A stretch of 64,000 bases of DNA from Malacoraja senta (taxonomy: Eukaryota), in the NCBI GenBank assembly GCA_038087875.1, contig JAXLNO010001854.1, positions 1-64,000 of the forward strand. The letters run 5' to 3'. Below are positions 50,131-61,171 of the stretch, in pieces; position 1 is the first letter of the stretch, and the number at the start of each line of letters is the position of its first letter. The notes under the pieces were generated by a model. The model was not told the origin of the DNA, did not search any database, and saw only the letters and a program-made list of their open reading frames with translations. Made by a program: the position numbers and the translations under genes.

Positions 50131-50593
50131 CCGGCACGTCCCTACCTGGGACCAGCCTACCGGTCTTTCCTCACGCTCCGCCAACGCCACTCCAGCGATT
50201 CCTCTGCCGGTCCCATCACCATCCCTGCCTTCCCCACTGCCCCCATCTCCACCTGTGTCTTCTGCTCTGCTTTCACCCCATAAGGGACTTGCTCCTTCAG
50301 AGAAGGATGAGGTGCACGAGGGGTACTACCGTACACGTGCAGGTTGTGTCTGCAAGCCAAACACGCTGATTGGAACATTCACCGGGTATACTTGAATTGT
50401 GCATGGCCCGTCTCATATTATGTGCTCACATATACACAAGCATGTACACGTAAGATGATAAATGCTCACACCTTATACTGGTGTTTTACAATATGCTCAA
50501 CCAAGCACTCTATATATGCTTTGCTTCTTTAAGAGGAAGGATGGAGATTAACCCTTATTAATCCATTGCCATTTATAATCTCCACTACACATA

Positions 50594-51377
50594 TAGAAAC
50601 ATAGAAAATAGGTGCAGGAGTAGGCCATTCGGCCCTTCGAGCCTGCACCGCCATTCAATATGATCATGGCTGATCATCCAACTCAGTATCCTGTACCTCC
50701 CTTCTCTCCATACCACCTGATCCTTTTAGCCACAAGGGGCCACATCTAACTCCCTCTTAAATATAGCCAATGAACGGGCCTCAACTACCTTCTGTGGCAG
50801 AGAATTCCAGAGATTCACCACTCTCTGTGTGAAAAATGTTTTACACATCTCGGTCCTAAAAGATTTCCCCCTTATCCTTAAACTGTGACCCCTTGTTCTG
50901 GACTCCCCCCAACATCGGGAACAATCTTCCTGCATCTAGCCTGTCCAACCCCTTAAGAATTTTCTATAAGATCTATAAGTTTACTATAAGTTTCTATAAG
51001 ATCCCCCTCAATCTTCTAAATTCTAGCGAGTACAAGCCGGGTCTATCCAGTCCTTCTTCATACGAAAGTCCTGACAGCCCAGGAATCAGTCTGGTGAACC
51101 TTCTCTGTACTCCCTCTGTGGCAAGAATGTCTTTCCTCAGATTAGGAGACCAAAACTGTACGCAATACTCCAGGTGTGATCTCACCAAGGCCCTGTACAA
51201 CTGCAGTAGAACTCCCTGCTCCTATACTCAAATCCTTTTGATATGAATGCTAACATACCATTCGCTTTCTTCACTGCCTGCTGCACCTGCTTGCCTACTT
51301 TCAATGACTGGTGTACCATGCCACCCAGGTCTCATTGCATCTCCCCTTTTCCTAATCGGCCACCATTCAGATAAAAA
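50594..51377 (-). mobile_element. CR1 LINE 3' fragment splitting the 3' LTR
   Basis: YRALVRSHLEYCVQFWSPNLRKD; (CTATGTTT)n tail; LTR sequence continues on both sides. Confidence 0.92.
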
Positions 51378-52224
51378 TATGTGCATGCCACCCATTACAT
51401 GGTATTACGGTACTACACAGCTTTACACTAGCAAGGTCAGTTTACGCTCGCTCTCTCTCTCACAAGCTACGCTGAGCTGAATGAGAATGGCTGGCAGTTT
51501 AAATGTTCCTGCTTACTTATGGAATAAAGACTGATCTTTTACTATGTGTGTTAGTGTGGATTAATCATAAACAGGGTTCAAGATGCAACTCGAAAGCATC
51601 TGATGCGATGAACTCTTATTTGAGAAAAGGAACAGCTCAAAAGGAAACAACAGCTAAATCAAATCTGCAGCCAGAGTATATCCGGCCTCATGACTCAGAA
51701 CTAGCACATGGCCAAACTTCATCTCAGCAACTAGACCGAAGGAAACTACTTATGGGGCATCTGTAGGGGCTTGGGACAAACTAACAGCTCGGTACGCTCG
51801 CTATTCCGAGGCCTGATACACAGGCTCGTGCAAGCCAGTATTATTATCAGAGACCTGTCTATCATTCATTTGCGACAAGCCAAGAATCTCAAGATGGATT
51901 ACATGAATTGGCGGAGGAGCAAGTTGAATTCAACAAGCTCATAGCTAAACAAAATCTCTCTTTCACCCTATCACCAATAGAAATTCCTACATATAATGTT
52001 GATTCTTTGCAGTATGAAGCTTTCATAATGGCATTTGAAGAAGTAGTAGAAATGAAAATTACTGATGAAAAAGAGCGCTTATGATTTCTGGCATATTACA
52101 CAAGCGGAAGTGCTAAGGTACTTGTACCATGTTGTCAAGATAAGCCTAACAGCCAAGGCTATCAAGAGGCAAAAAGGTTACTTGAAGAGCGTTATGGTGA
52201 TAGACAATAGACAATTGGTGGAGG

Positions 52225-53125
52225 AATTGACCATTTGGCCCCGTGCCAGCACCGCCATTCAATATGATCATTGCTGATCATCCTCAATCCGTACCCCGTT
52301 CCTGCCTTCTCCCCATTTTTCCTGACTACGCTATCTTTAAGAGACCTATCTAGCTCTATCTTGAAAGTATCCAGAGAACCGGCCTCCACTGCCCTTTGAG
52401 GCAGAGAATTCCACACTCACAACTTTCTGTGAGAAAAAATGTTTACTCATCTCCGTTCTAAATGGTTTACCCCTTATTCTTAAACTGTGGCCCCTGGTTC
52501 TGGACTCCCCCAACATCGGGAACATGTTTCCTGCCTCTAGCATGTCCAAACCGTTAACAATCTTATATGTTTCAATAAGATCCGTCTCATCCTTCTAAAC
52601 TCCAGAGTATACAAGCCCAGCCGCTCCATTCTCTCAGCATATGACAGTCCCGCCATCCTTGTAAACCTACGTTGCATTCCCTCGATAGCAAGAATGTCCT
52701 TCCACAAATTAGGGGACCAAAACTGTACACAATACTCCAGATGTTGTCTGACTAGGACTCTGTACAACTGCAGAAGGACCTCTTTGCTCCTATATTTGAC
52801 TCCTCTTGTTATAAAGGACAACATGCCATTCGCCTTCTTCACTGCCTGCTGTACCTGCATGCTTACTTTCATAGACTGATGAACAAGGACCCCTAGATCC
52901 CATTGTACTTCCCCTTTTCCCAACTTGACACCATTTATATAGTTATCTGCCTTCCTGTTTTTGATACCAAGGTGGATAACCTCACATTTATCCACATTAA
53001 ACTTCATCTGCCATGCATCTGCCCACTCCCCCAACCTGTCCAAATCATCCTGCATTCTCATAGCATCCTCCTTACAGTTCACACTGCCATCCAGCTTTGT
53101 GTCATCTGCGAATTTGCTAATGTTA
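52225..53125 (-). mobile_element. CR1 LINE 3' fragment within BEL gag
   Basis: DLDRLGEWADAWQMKFNVDKCEVIHLG..HLEYCVQFWSP. Confidence 0.9.
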
Positions 53126-55459
53126 CTTTGAACAGAGGATTCCTAACGTATACATGGAGAAGGCCTACGCTTGGAAAGATATCAAGCCAGAAGATGTGGA
53201 GGCATTGATTTTTGCAAAATTTCTTAGAGGTTGGTGTAGACCGATGAAAAATCTCAACCACATGGGGGAGATGAATCTTGTTAGTAATACTAGAGCCATC
53301 ATTCTAAAACTGCCCAGACGGCTGAGAGAAAAGTGGTGAGATAAAGCAGGCCGAAGCAAATAGAACAGGAGAAGCCAGCTACTAGTGATGCTGTCACCTC
53401 ACCTCAAGTAACTGCTCATATTGGGGCTGGGGTAGAAGCCTGTATCTTCTCTGTCTTACCAGTACAGGTAAGGAATAGCAAGACGAATACAGTGTTGCAA
53501 ACATATGCATTTGTAGATCACGGAAGTTCGGCTACCTTCTGCATAGAAGGCTTGATGAGAAGGCTGGACATCACAGGAGAGGAGATTAAGATTTGATTGC
53601 ATACCATGAATGAAGAGAAGGAGTCCGTTAATCATTACATTACAAGTAGGGAAATATCTAGTCTGGATGAAGATAATTTTATACCAATATCTGAAGTGTT
53701 TACACATGAAACCATGCCTATTGGTCATCAAAATATACCCAGACATGAGGACTTGAGACAATGGCCTTACTTGAAGGATGTCAAAATATCTAAAATAGAT
53801 TCTGATATTGACCTACTTATCGGAACGAATGCATTGAAACCAATACAGATTGTGAGGAGCCAAGGTGATGGACCGTTTGCTGTGAAAACCCTACTAGGAT
53901 GGGTTATCTATGGCTCCTTGAGAAGGAACAATGAAAGCGGAAACCAGAAGAACTATCCTGCCGCTGCTGTTAATCAAATATCTACTGGTAAATTAGAAAA
54001 GCTATTGATCAAGCAATACAATCATGACCAATGAAAGAACTAGTAAGGAATCTGAAGAAATGTCCAGGGAAGAGTTAAAGTTCTTGGATATTATGAACTA
54101 CTCAGTAAAGATAATGGACGGACACTATTGTTTGGACTTTCCTTCAAACAAGAAAGTGTTAGTCTGCCAAATAATCGTCATATGGCAGAGCAACGCATCC
54201 TAAATTTGAAACGTAAGTTTGGCAAGAATACGAAATTTCATGAGGAATATACATCTTTCCAAAAGGATATGATTGACAAAGATTATGCCGAACTGGTACC
54301 AACAAACCAACTGAATCGAAGTGATGGAGAGCTATGATACATTCCGCACCATGGGGTGTATCACTCGAAGAAAGGGACTGAGGATGGTCTTTGACTGGGC
54401 TGCAGTCTTCAAAGGAACATCACTTAACTGTCAACTACTGTAAGGTCCAGACCTTACCAACTCACTCATTGGAGTTCTCATTAAATTCAGATAAAAAACA
54501 ATTGCTTTGATGGCTGATATCAGAGCGATGTTTCATCGTCAAAGTATCAGATAAACACATTGACTACCTGCGATTCGTATGGTGGCCTGAAGGGGATGTA
54601 CAGCAAGTTCTTGTTGAATACCAGATGAAGGTACATCTCTTTGGAGCAGTGTCATCACCAAGTTGTGTGAACTTTGCATCAAAGAAGACCGCAGAGGACC
54701 ACAAAGTTCATTTTACAGTGGAATGATAACCACTTTGAAGAATCATTTCTATGTGGGTGATTGTTTAAAATCCATGTCTACTGAGCAGGAAGCAATTCAA
54801 ATGGTAAAACATCTGACTTCCCTCTGCAATAAGGGAGGATTCATGCTTTCCAAGTGGATCAGCATCAGTCGCGTTGTATTGGAAGCATTCTACCAGATGA
54901 TAGAGCCAAAGAGACCAGAGAGTTAGATTTGGACAAAGACAATTTGGCAATGGAAAGAGCATTGGGAGCAACTGATGTATCATTAATGGAAATATTTTAA
55001 CACAAAAGAAAATCCTGCGGATGAAGCTTCCAGAGGACTGACAGCAGACCGCTTCTTAAGCAATAAGAGATGGATCAATGGACAAGAGTTTCTCTGTAAG
55101 CCAGACAGGGAATGGCCAAAACATGAGCTGGAATTTGAAACCTCTGCTAATGATCCAGAAATTAAACAAAACATCACAGTGAACGTTATTGCTAAAAATC
55201 CTATTATTCTCTCGAATGATTTTCACACTTCAACATCATTGTTACAACATATCCATGAGTTGATTGGACATGGAGGAAAAAGTTTCATGCTGTCAAACTT
55301 TGGGCTTTGTGTTTTGGACAATATACGGTATTATGCCTGATGTTATGGGTTTGGTGCACACGGTACGACTTCAAACTAAAAACAATGTTTTAATAAGACC
55401 AATAACCAAATGATGCTTACTTCTAGAAGATGGAAGAATCTCTGAAGAAGTCTGAATGC

Positions 55460-58010
55460 GGATATATCATGGACGGATATACCAATGGCTTTTGAACAAC
55501 ACTGCTAACCCTTGAGGAACGAGACCATCGACAGGTATTGATTCTTTACAAGGTGCCAAGAAGAGGGGAAACATTTGTTCTAAACAGAACTGAAGCTCTT
55601 GGCAGTTCATTGCAATTTCAGAGAGTTGAAGGATTCACTGATAAGTGATAGCATAATATGAGGCATAAGAGATGAAAAGTGTGTGAAGGCATGCCAGGCT
55701 TTCCAAGGCCAGAGTTGATGTCCTGTTAGGTGACCAACGACAAGATGTCTGTGCAGTAAGACAAGAGGGGACAAGATACCAGCCAACCATACAGTGTAAA
55801 TACAGCGGACACAAACATGAGAGGAAGAAGGAGAAATGTCCAACATCTGGCCAGGAGTGTTTCAAATGCCATAAGATAAATCATTTTGCATCACAATGGA
55901 TGGAAAAGCAGGTGCAACAGAAGAACCAGAAGAAAGAAAAGAAAGGCAACAAATCTGTGCATGCAGTGGGGGGAGTGGAGAGCTCCAGTGATGAGTATAA
56001 TGACATTCAAGAGTATGATGAAATTCACACATAGGCTGTGGGCCGAGCTTCAGAAATGTGTCTAGAATTTAACATTCATGACCCATGTCTCGGAACTACA
56101 TGAAATTTTGCACAGATTTAAATAAAATATAATTAAGGAAGTCATAACTCATCAATGCCAAAAGTTGCACATTAATTAATTAAACTAATTAGAAAATTAG
56201 ATTGTAAAAGTAAGCCCCATTTAGTGTCCTATGCCCATATTACACCATGGGGAGCCTAATTCCGTGCTGTGGTCTATTTAAACCATATATTATTATACTA
56301 TATATGTGTATATATATGTATATATGTATGTATATGACGTGAACATGACTGTAATCATACATAATATGTATAACTATCTATACTATTACTAAAACTCTCA
56401 TCTTGACAACTTCCGGTTTGCCCGTTTTTAAATTTGAACAAAAACTGTACCGTTTATTGCTAGGATTTTTGTGCCACCTTACTCACTGGTCTCCGCTCCT
56501 CCACGTGCACCAAGTTTTGTTCCAATCGGTGGAGGGTTACAAAAGTTATGAAGGTTTTAAAAATCGCTATATCAGCAGATTGGTCTTCTTTCTTGCCTGT
56601 CAGTCACCACTCTCACCACCCACCAGCAGCCCGCCCCAACGTTCACCACCCACCGGCAGCCCGACAGCCCGACCGATCCTCCACATCATCCATCGGCCTA
56701 CCGACAAGCCCGACCGACAGACTGACCGATTGATCGACCGACCGTCTGACTGACTGAATATCCGACTGACTCACTGATTGACCCTAACTTTATACAGATA
56801 ATTCAATTGAAAAACAAAATTATCAGCAAGGTTAGCATAACCTTCATTCCTTGGAAACCTTGTTATTGTTTTGATGTAATGAGGAGGCAGCCATGATCCC
56901 AGGGTCATCGCTGCCTAGCGACTATAAAACAAAGCGCGGGATTGGTCAATTTGCGTCCGACGTCAATGTCAAACGTGCATTGATTGGACAATTACAACTC
57001 GGAGCTTTTTCTCATATTTGTAAAAAATGTGCAGGTTTTGGTCTTGACGAGTTTCAGGTATGATTTATATAATATTTTTACACAATATGTTAAAAATTCA
57101 GGTAGTATCGTGAGTTGGGTCACGAACTTGAACGAAAAAGCTCCTTGGCCCACAGACTAACAGTGGAACTGCAACCAGAAGCATCAAAAGCAGAGTGTTC
57201 ACGGTGTTGAGGAGACTCAATTCCCAAAGAAAATCTTTGCGAACATGATGCTGGAAGAGAAGGAAGTAGAATTCCAGGTAGACAGTGGAGCCACATGTAA
57301 CATCATTCCCAAGCTGCATGCAAAGGATGTGGATGAAACCAAGTATTGTCGATGTACAACAATACGACAGTGGTGCCTCTTGGAATAAAGCCAGGTGAAA
57401 CTAGTAAATCTAAAGTATGGAAGGAGATACAAAGTAGAGTTTGTAGTCCTGGAGGAAGACTGCATTCCAATCCTGGGAAGCAGGGCAGCCCAGCAGGTGG
57501 GACTCATCTCAGTCTGTACAGAGAACTGAATGGCAGTGAAATCTCTCTGAGCAAGGAAAGAATGATGGCTGAGTATGCTGATGTGTTTGAAGGGACAGGT
57601 AAATTCGAGGGCAAGTACCGTCTGCAGGTAGATGACAGCGTAACGCTGGTGATCCATCCTCCACGAAGAGTCCCTGTAGCCTTACGGAATAAGCTGAAAC
57701 AGGATATACAGACTAACAGAAGCTGAAATAATTGCCCCAGTAGAGACCCACACTCCAAGGGTATCCAGCCTTGTGTGTGTAGAAAAGCCCAATGGAAAGT
57801 TGAGAATGTGTTTCGACCCGAGGGATCTGAACAAGGGGCTGAAAAGAAGTCATTACCCAATGACAACGATTGAAGATGTCCTCACAAACCTGAATGAAAC
57901 CAATGTCTTCAGCACGTTTGACGTCAAGAATGGGTTTTGGCATGTGGAACTGGATGATGAGAGTTCTCAGCTTACGACATTTAACACACCGTATGGCAGA
58001 TATAGATGGA
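55460..58010 (+). mobile_element. Second Gypsy (Mag-like) gag-pol remnant, interrupted by an unclassified insertion at about 56040-57080
   Basis: Knuckle CKYSGHKH..CFKCHKINHFASQ; protease FQVDSGATCNII (~57275); RT KPNGKLRMCFDPRDLNK..FDVKNGFWHV..TTFNTPYGRYRW. Confidence 0.85.
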
Positions 58011-58059
58011 AAGAAGAAGCTCCATTTACGAAAAAAGACTCCCGACAGACACTGAACAG

Positions 58060-59289
58060 TTTTGGATTGGTGTACTTCAGCATCAGGCATTTAAAGAGCT
58101 TGCCACCTTTGCCCTTACTTGCCTAATAACCCCTGTCAGCAATGCTGTCGTTGAGAGGATATTTCTCTTGTATCCTCTGTAAAAACGAAGGCAAGAAACA
58201 GAATGCAGCTGAATCTTCTTGATGCTGTTGTGAAAGTCTATTGCTTTCAAGCCAATGTTGTAGGTATGTTACAAAACTTACCTTCAGCGACGCTGCAGAT
58301 CTGTCGCTGTCCGTGTGCGCGACTTTGGCGCCTTTGAGAGATGGGCGGATTTAAAATGCCTTGTTTCTCCAGCCTGATCAAATCGATTTCTGTCAGGCTG
58401 TTTAGCTGCTAAAGAATAATCGCTTTGATTGCCGTTTTATTAAGTTTCTTTTAAACTGCACTGAATATTTTACGAACAGGAGTAAAGTAAAAATAATCTT
58501 CTAAAGCCGTCAACGGGGACGGATTTCATGTACGGGACAGGTAAAGGAAAGCCGTTTATTTTATATATAAACTTGCTTCTAAGGATGCCTTTAATCAAAA
58601 TTTCACATTGCGAAAATGTCATTATGTAAATATACGAACTGGCAGTATTTTTCCTGCCGATATGAGGTTTAAATTCACCGCAAATGCAACGTTCCAAACC
58701 AGTGCGTTCCATAAAAACCCACTCGCAAGATTATTAAAATGGCCATTAATTTACGGGAATTAAACACTAAATTCCTTCCATTTGGCCTATAAATTCATGA
58801 CCATGAGATTTAAAAATCATGTTATATTGTGAATTATTGTGTGAATGTTATTTGAACATTTAGGCTATTTAAAAATGTTAACTTTTTCTTAAGAAATGGA
58901 TAGATTAGATCTAGTAATTGAATTTTGTAATTAGCTACAATTGGGTAACTAACTAATTATATACTTTAATTTCAGGTCATCCGAGTAAGATTGTTTCATA
59001 TTTGTTTCAGAATGCTTCAATCTATAATAACTGAACATTTCATTCAGTTCTCTTAATTTTTAAGAAAGTTATGGACTTTTGACTGTCCTTGATCACAGCT
59101 TTTGAGTTAAGTCAATGGAAAAGCAATAGGGAACAAGATGCTAATTTCAGAGTATGAAAATGGCCATAACCTTTTTAATACTGAAGATATGAAAGTGAAT
59201 TAGGTGTCAAATTAAACTTCTTTTTATGCTTTATCTGATGGGATAAATTACAGACTTGATTTTTAAAATCTCAAAATTTTGTAACATTG
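58060..59289 (+). mobile_element. hAT transposase C-terminal (dimerisation) remnant and 3' end
   Basis: AFKELATFALTCLITPVSNAVVERIF..KTKARNRMQLNLLDAV; ends near TTTTGTAACATTG. Confidence 0.7.
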
Positions 59290-59624
59290 CTAAATGTTTC
59301 TAAGACTTCACTGCATATCAATAAATGCTGAAAAACGTCACATCAGACAAGATTTATGCCGTATGTTCCACTCATTCCAGTGGGGAGGATAGTAATGATC
59401 TGATTCTGGAGCTTTTCATGAGATATCTGTAGAAAAATATATTAAAGATTGTTTGTTTGATGCTGGAAAATCCAAGGTAGGCAAAAATGCTGGAGAAACG
59501 CAGCGGGTGAGACAGCATCTATGGAGCAAAGGAAACAGGCGACATTTCGGGTCAAGACCCTTCTTCAGGCTGATGTGGTGGTGGAAGGGGGGATGGGAAG
59601 AAAAAAGGAAGAGTCCAGTGAGGT

Positions 59625-60300
59625 GGAGAGGTTCAGCAGTCACGTTGAGGCGGTGAGGTTCGGTGGTCACCTTGAGGCAGCGAGGCCCAGTGAGGCAGAG
59701 AGATTCGTCAGTCCCAGTGCGATGGCGAGGCCCGGTGAGGTGGAGAGGTTCAGCGGTCCCGGTGATTTTATGAGTCCTGGTGAGGCAGAGAGCTTTGGCA
59801 GTCCCGGTGAGGCGACGAGGTCTGGAAAGGCGGCGAGGTACGGCGGTCCCGGTGAGGCGGAGAGGTTCGCCGGTCACGGTGAGGTGGCGAGCCCCGGTGA
59901 GACGGAGAGATTCGGCTGTCCCTGTGAGATGGCGAGGACCAGTGAGGTGGAGAGGTACGGCGGTCCCGGTGAGGCGGCGAGGTACGGTGGGCCCGGTGAG
60001 GCAGCGAGGCCCAGTGAGGTGGAGAGCTTTGGCAGTCCTGGTGAGGGGGAGCGTTTCGACAGTCCCGGTGAGGCGGCGAGGTACAGTGTGGCGGAGCGGT
60101 ACAGCGGTCACGGTGAGGTGACGATGTCCAGTGAGGCGGCGAGGGTCGGCGGTCCCGGTGAGGCGAAAATGTTCGGCAATTAGAAAGACAGGTTCGGCTG
60201 TCCCGGTGAGGCCCGGTGAGGCGGAGAGTTTCAGTGGTCCTGGTGAGGCGGCGTGGCCCGGTGAGGCAACGAAGTTTGGCTGTGAGGCAGAGAGATTAGG
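59625..60300. repeat. GC-rich minisatellite built from 18- and 27-nt variants of CCCGGTGAGGCGG(A/C)GAGGT(T/A)CGGCGGT
   Basis: Dozens of GGTGAGG(C/T)G cores; open frames on both strands. Confidence 0.9.
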
Positions 60301-61171
60301 TGGTCCCATTGATTCCCATGTGTGATCAAAAGTTCAAGAAAGAACTGCAGATGCTGGAAAAATCGAAGGTAGACAAAAATGCTGGAGAAACTCAGCGGGT
60401 GAGGCATCTATGGAGCGAAGGAATAGGTGACGTTTCGGGTCGAGAAGGGTCCATTCCTTCACTCCATAGATGCTGCCTCCCCCGCTGAGTTTCACCAGCA
60501 TTTTTGCCTCTATGTGATCAAAAGGTCACATCAAGAGTTCGAGAGTTTATTGTCATGTGTCCCTGATAGGACTATGAAATTCTTGCTTTGCTTTAGCACA
60601 CCAGAACATGGTAGGCATGACTACAGAACAGATCAGTGTGTCCATATACCATTGTATAAATATATACACACATGAATAAATAAACTGCTAAAGTGCAAAT
60701 AAACAGATTATGGGCTATTAATGTTCAGAGTTTTGTCCGAGCCGAGTTTAATAGCCTGATGGCTGTGGGGAAGTAGCTATTCCTGAACTTGGTCGTTGCA
60801 ATCTTCAGGCTCGTGTACCTTCTACCTGAAGGTAGTGGGGAGATGAGTGTAAGGCCCGGATGGTGTGGGCCCTTGATCATGCTGCCAGCCTTTTTGAGGC
60901 AGCGACTGTAAAGTAAAGTATCCTTTATTGTCATTCAGACCTTTCGGTCTGAATGAAATTTCGTGCCTGCAGTCATACATATAATAAAAATAACAAAAAC
61001 ACACAATAAACACAAATTTAACATTCACCACAGTGAGCTGACCAGGCACCTCCTCACTATGATAGATCAAATTGAATGGTGGTGCTGGCTCGAAGGGCCG
61101 AATGGCCTTCTCCTGCACCTATTGTCTATTGTTTTCTATTTGTTTCAAGCAAATTACAATAGATACAGTAC

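Larger units (their letters stand above)
43055..51573 (+). mobile_element. Gypsy/Ty3 (Mag-like) LTR retrotransposon with both LTRs, internally decayed
   Basis: 5' LTR 43055-43301 (TG..CA), 3' LTR 50542-51573 (split by CR1), 5-bp TSD GGGTT; gag MAESFRKPDPLMFD with double Cys/His knuckle; RT 47590-48050 (IRICINPKDL, MPFG, IMDDILI); RNase H 48440-48800 (SDASQYGLG, ETDHQPL). Confidence 0.95.
41790..55430 (+). mobile_element. Degenerate BEL/Pao LTR retrotransposon, host of nested insertions; ends approximate
   Basis: Gag N-terminus SKASRASARMEVE..KKHEIER (42800-43054) resumes after the Gypsy TSD as SRCNSKASDAMNSYL; protease YAFVDHGSS (~53510); DLLIG, PFAVKTLLGWVIYG; RT IPHHGVYH, MKVHLFGAVSSPSC, FYVGDC. 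Confidence 0.88.

Noticed and set aside
59290-59426. Possible NEIL3 exon 3 (acceptor tttttctacag, GMSGTYGIN resembling GMKGFIMIN)
   Set aside because: No frame gives a continuous match to IHFGM..PVLEVQL..FFDSSVELR; similarity is at chance level without an alignment.
59416-60309. 297-aa minus-strand ORF (LTGPRRLTG repeats)
   Set aside because: Antisense translation of the minisatellite; starts and ends in unrelated repeats.
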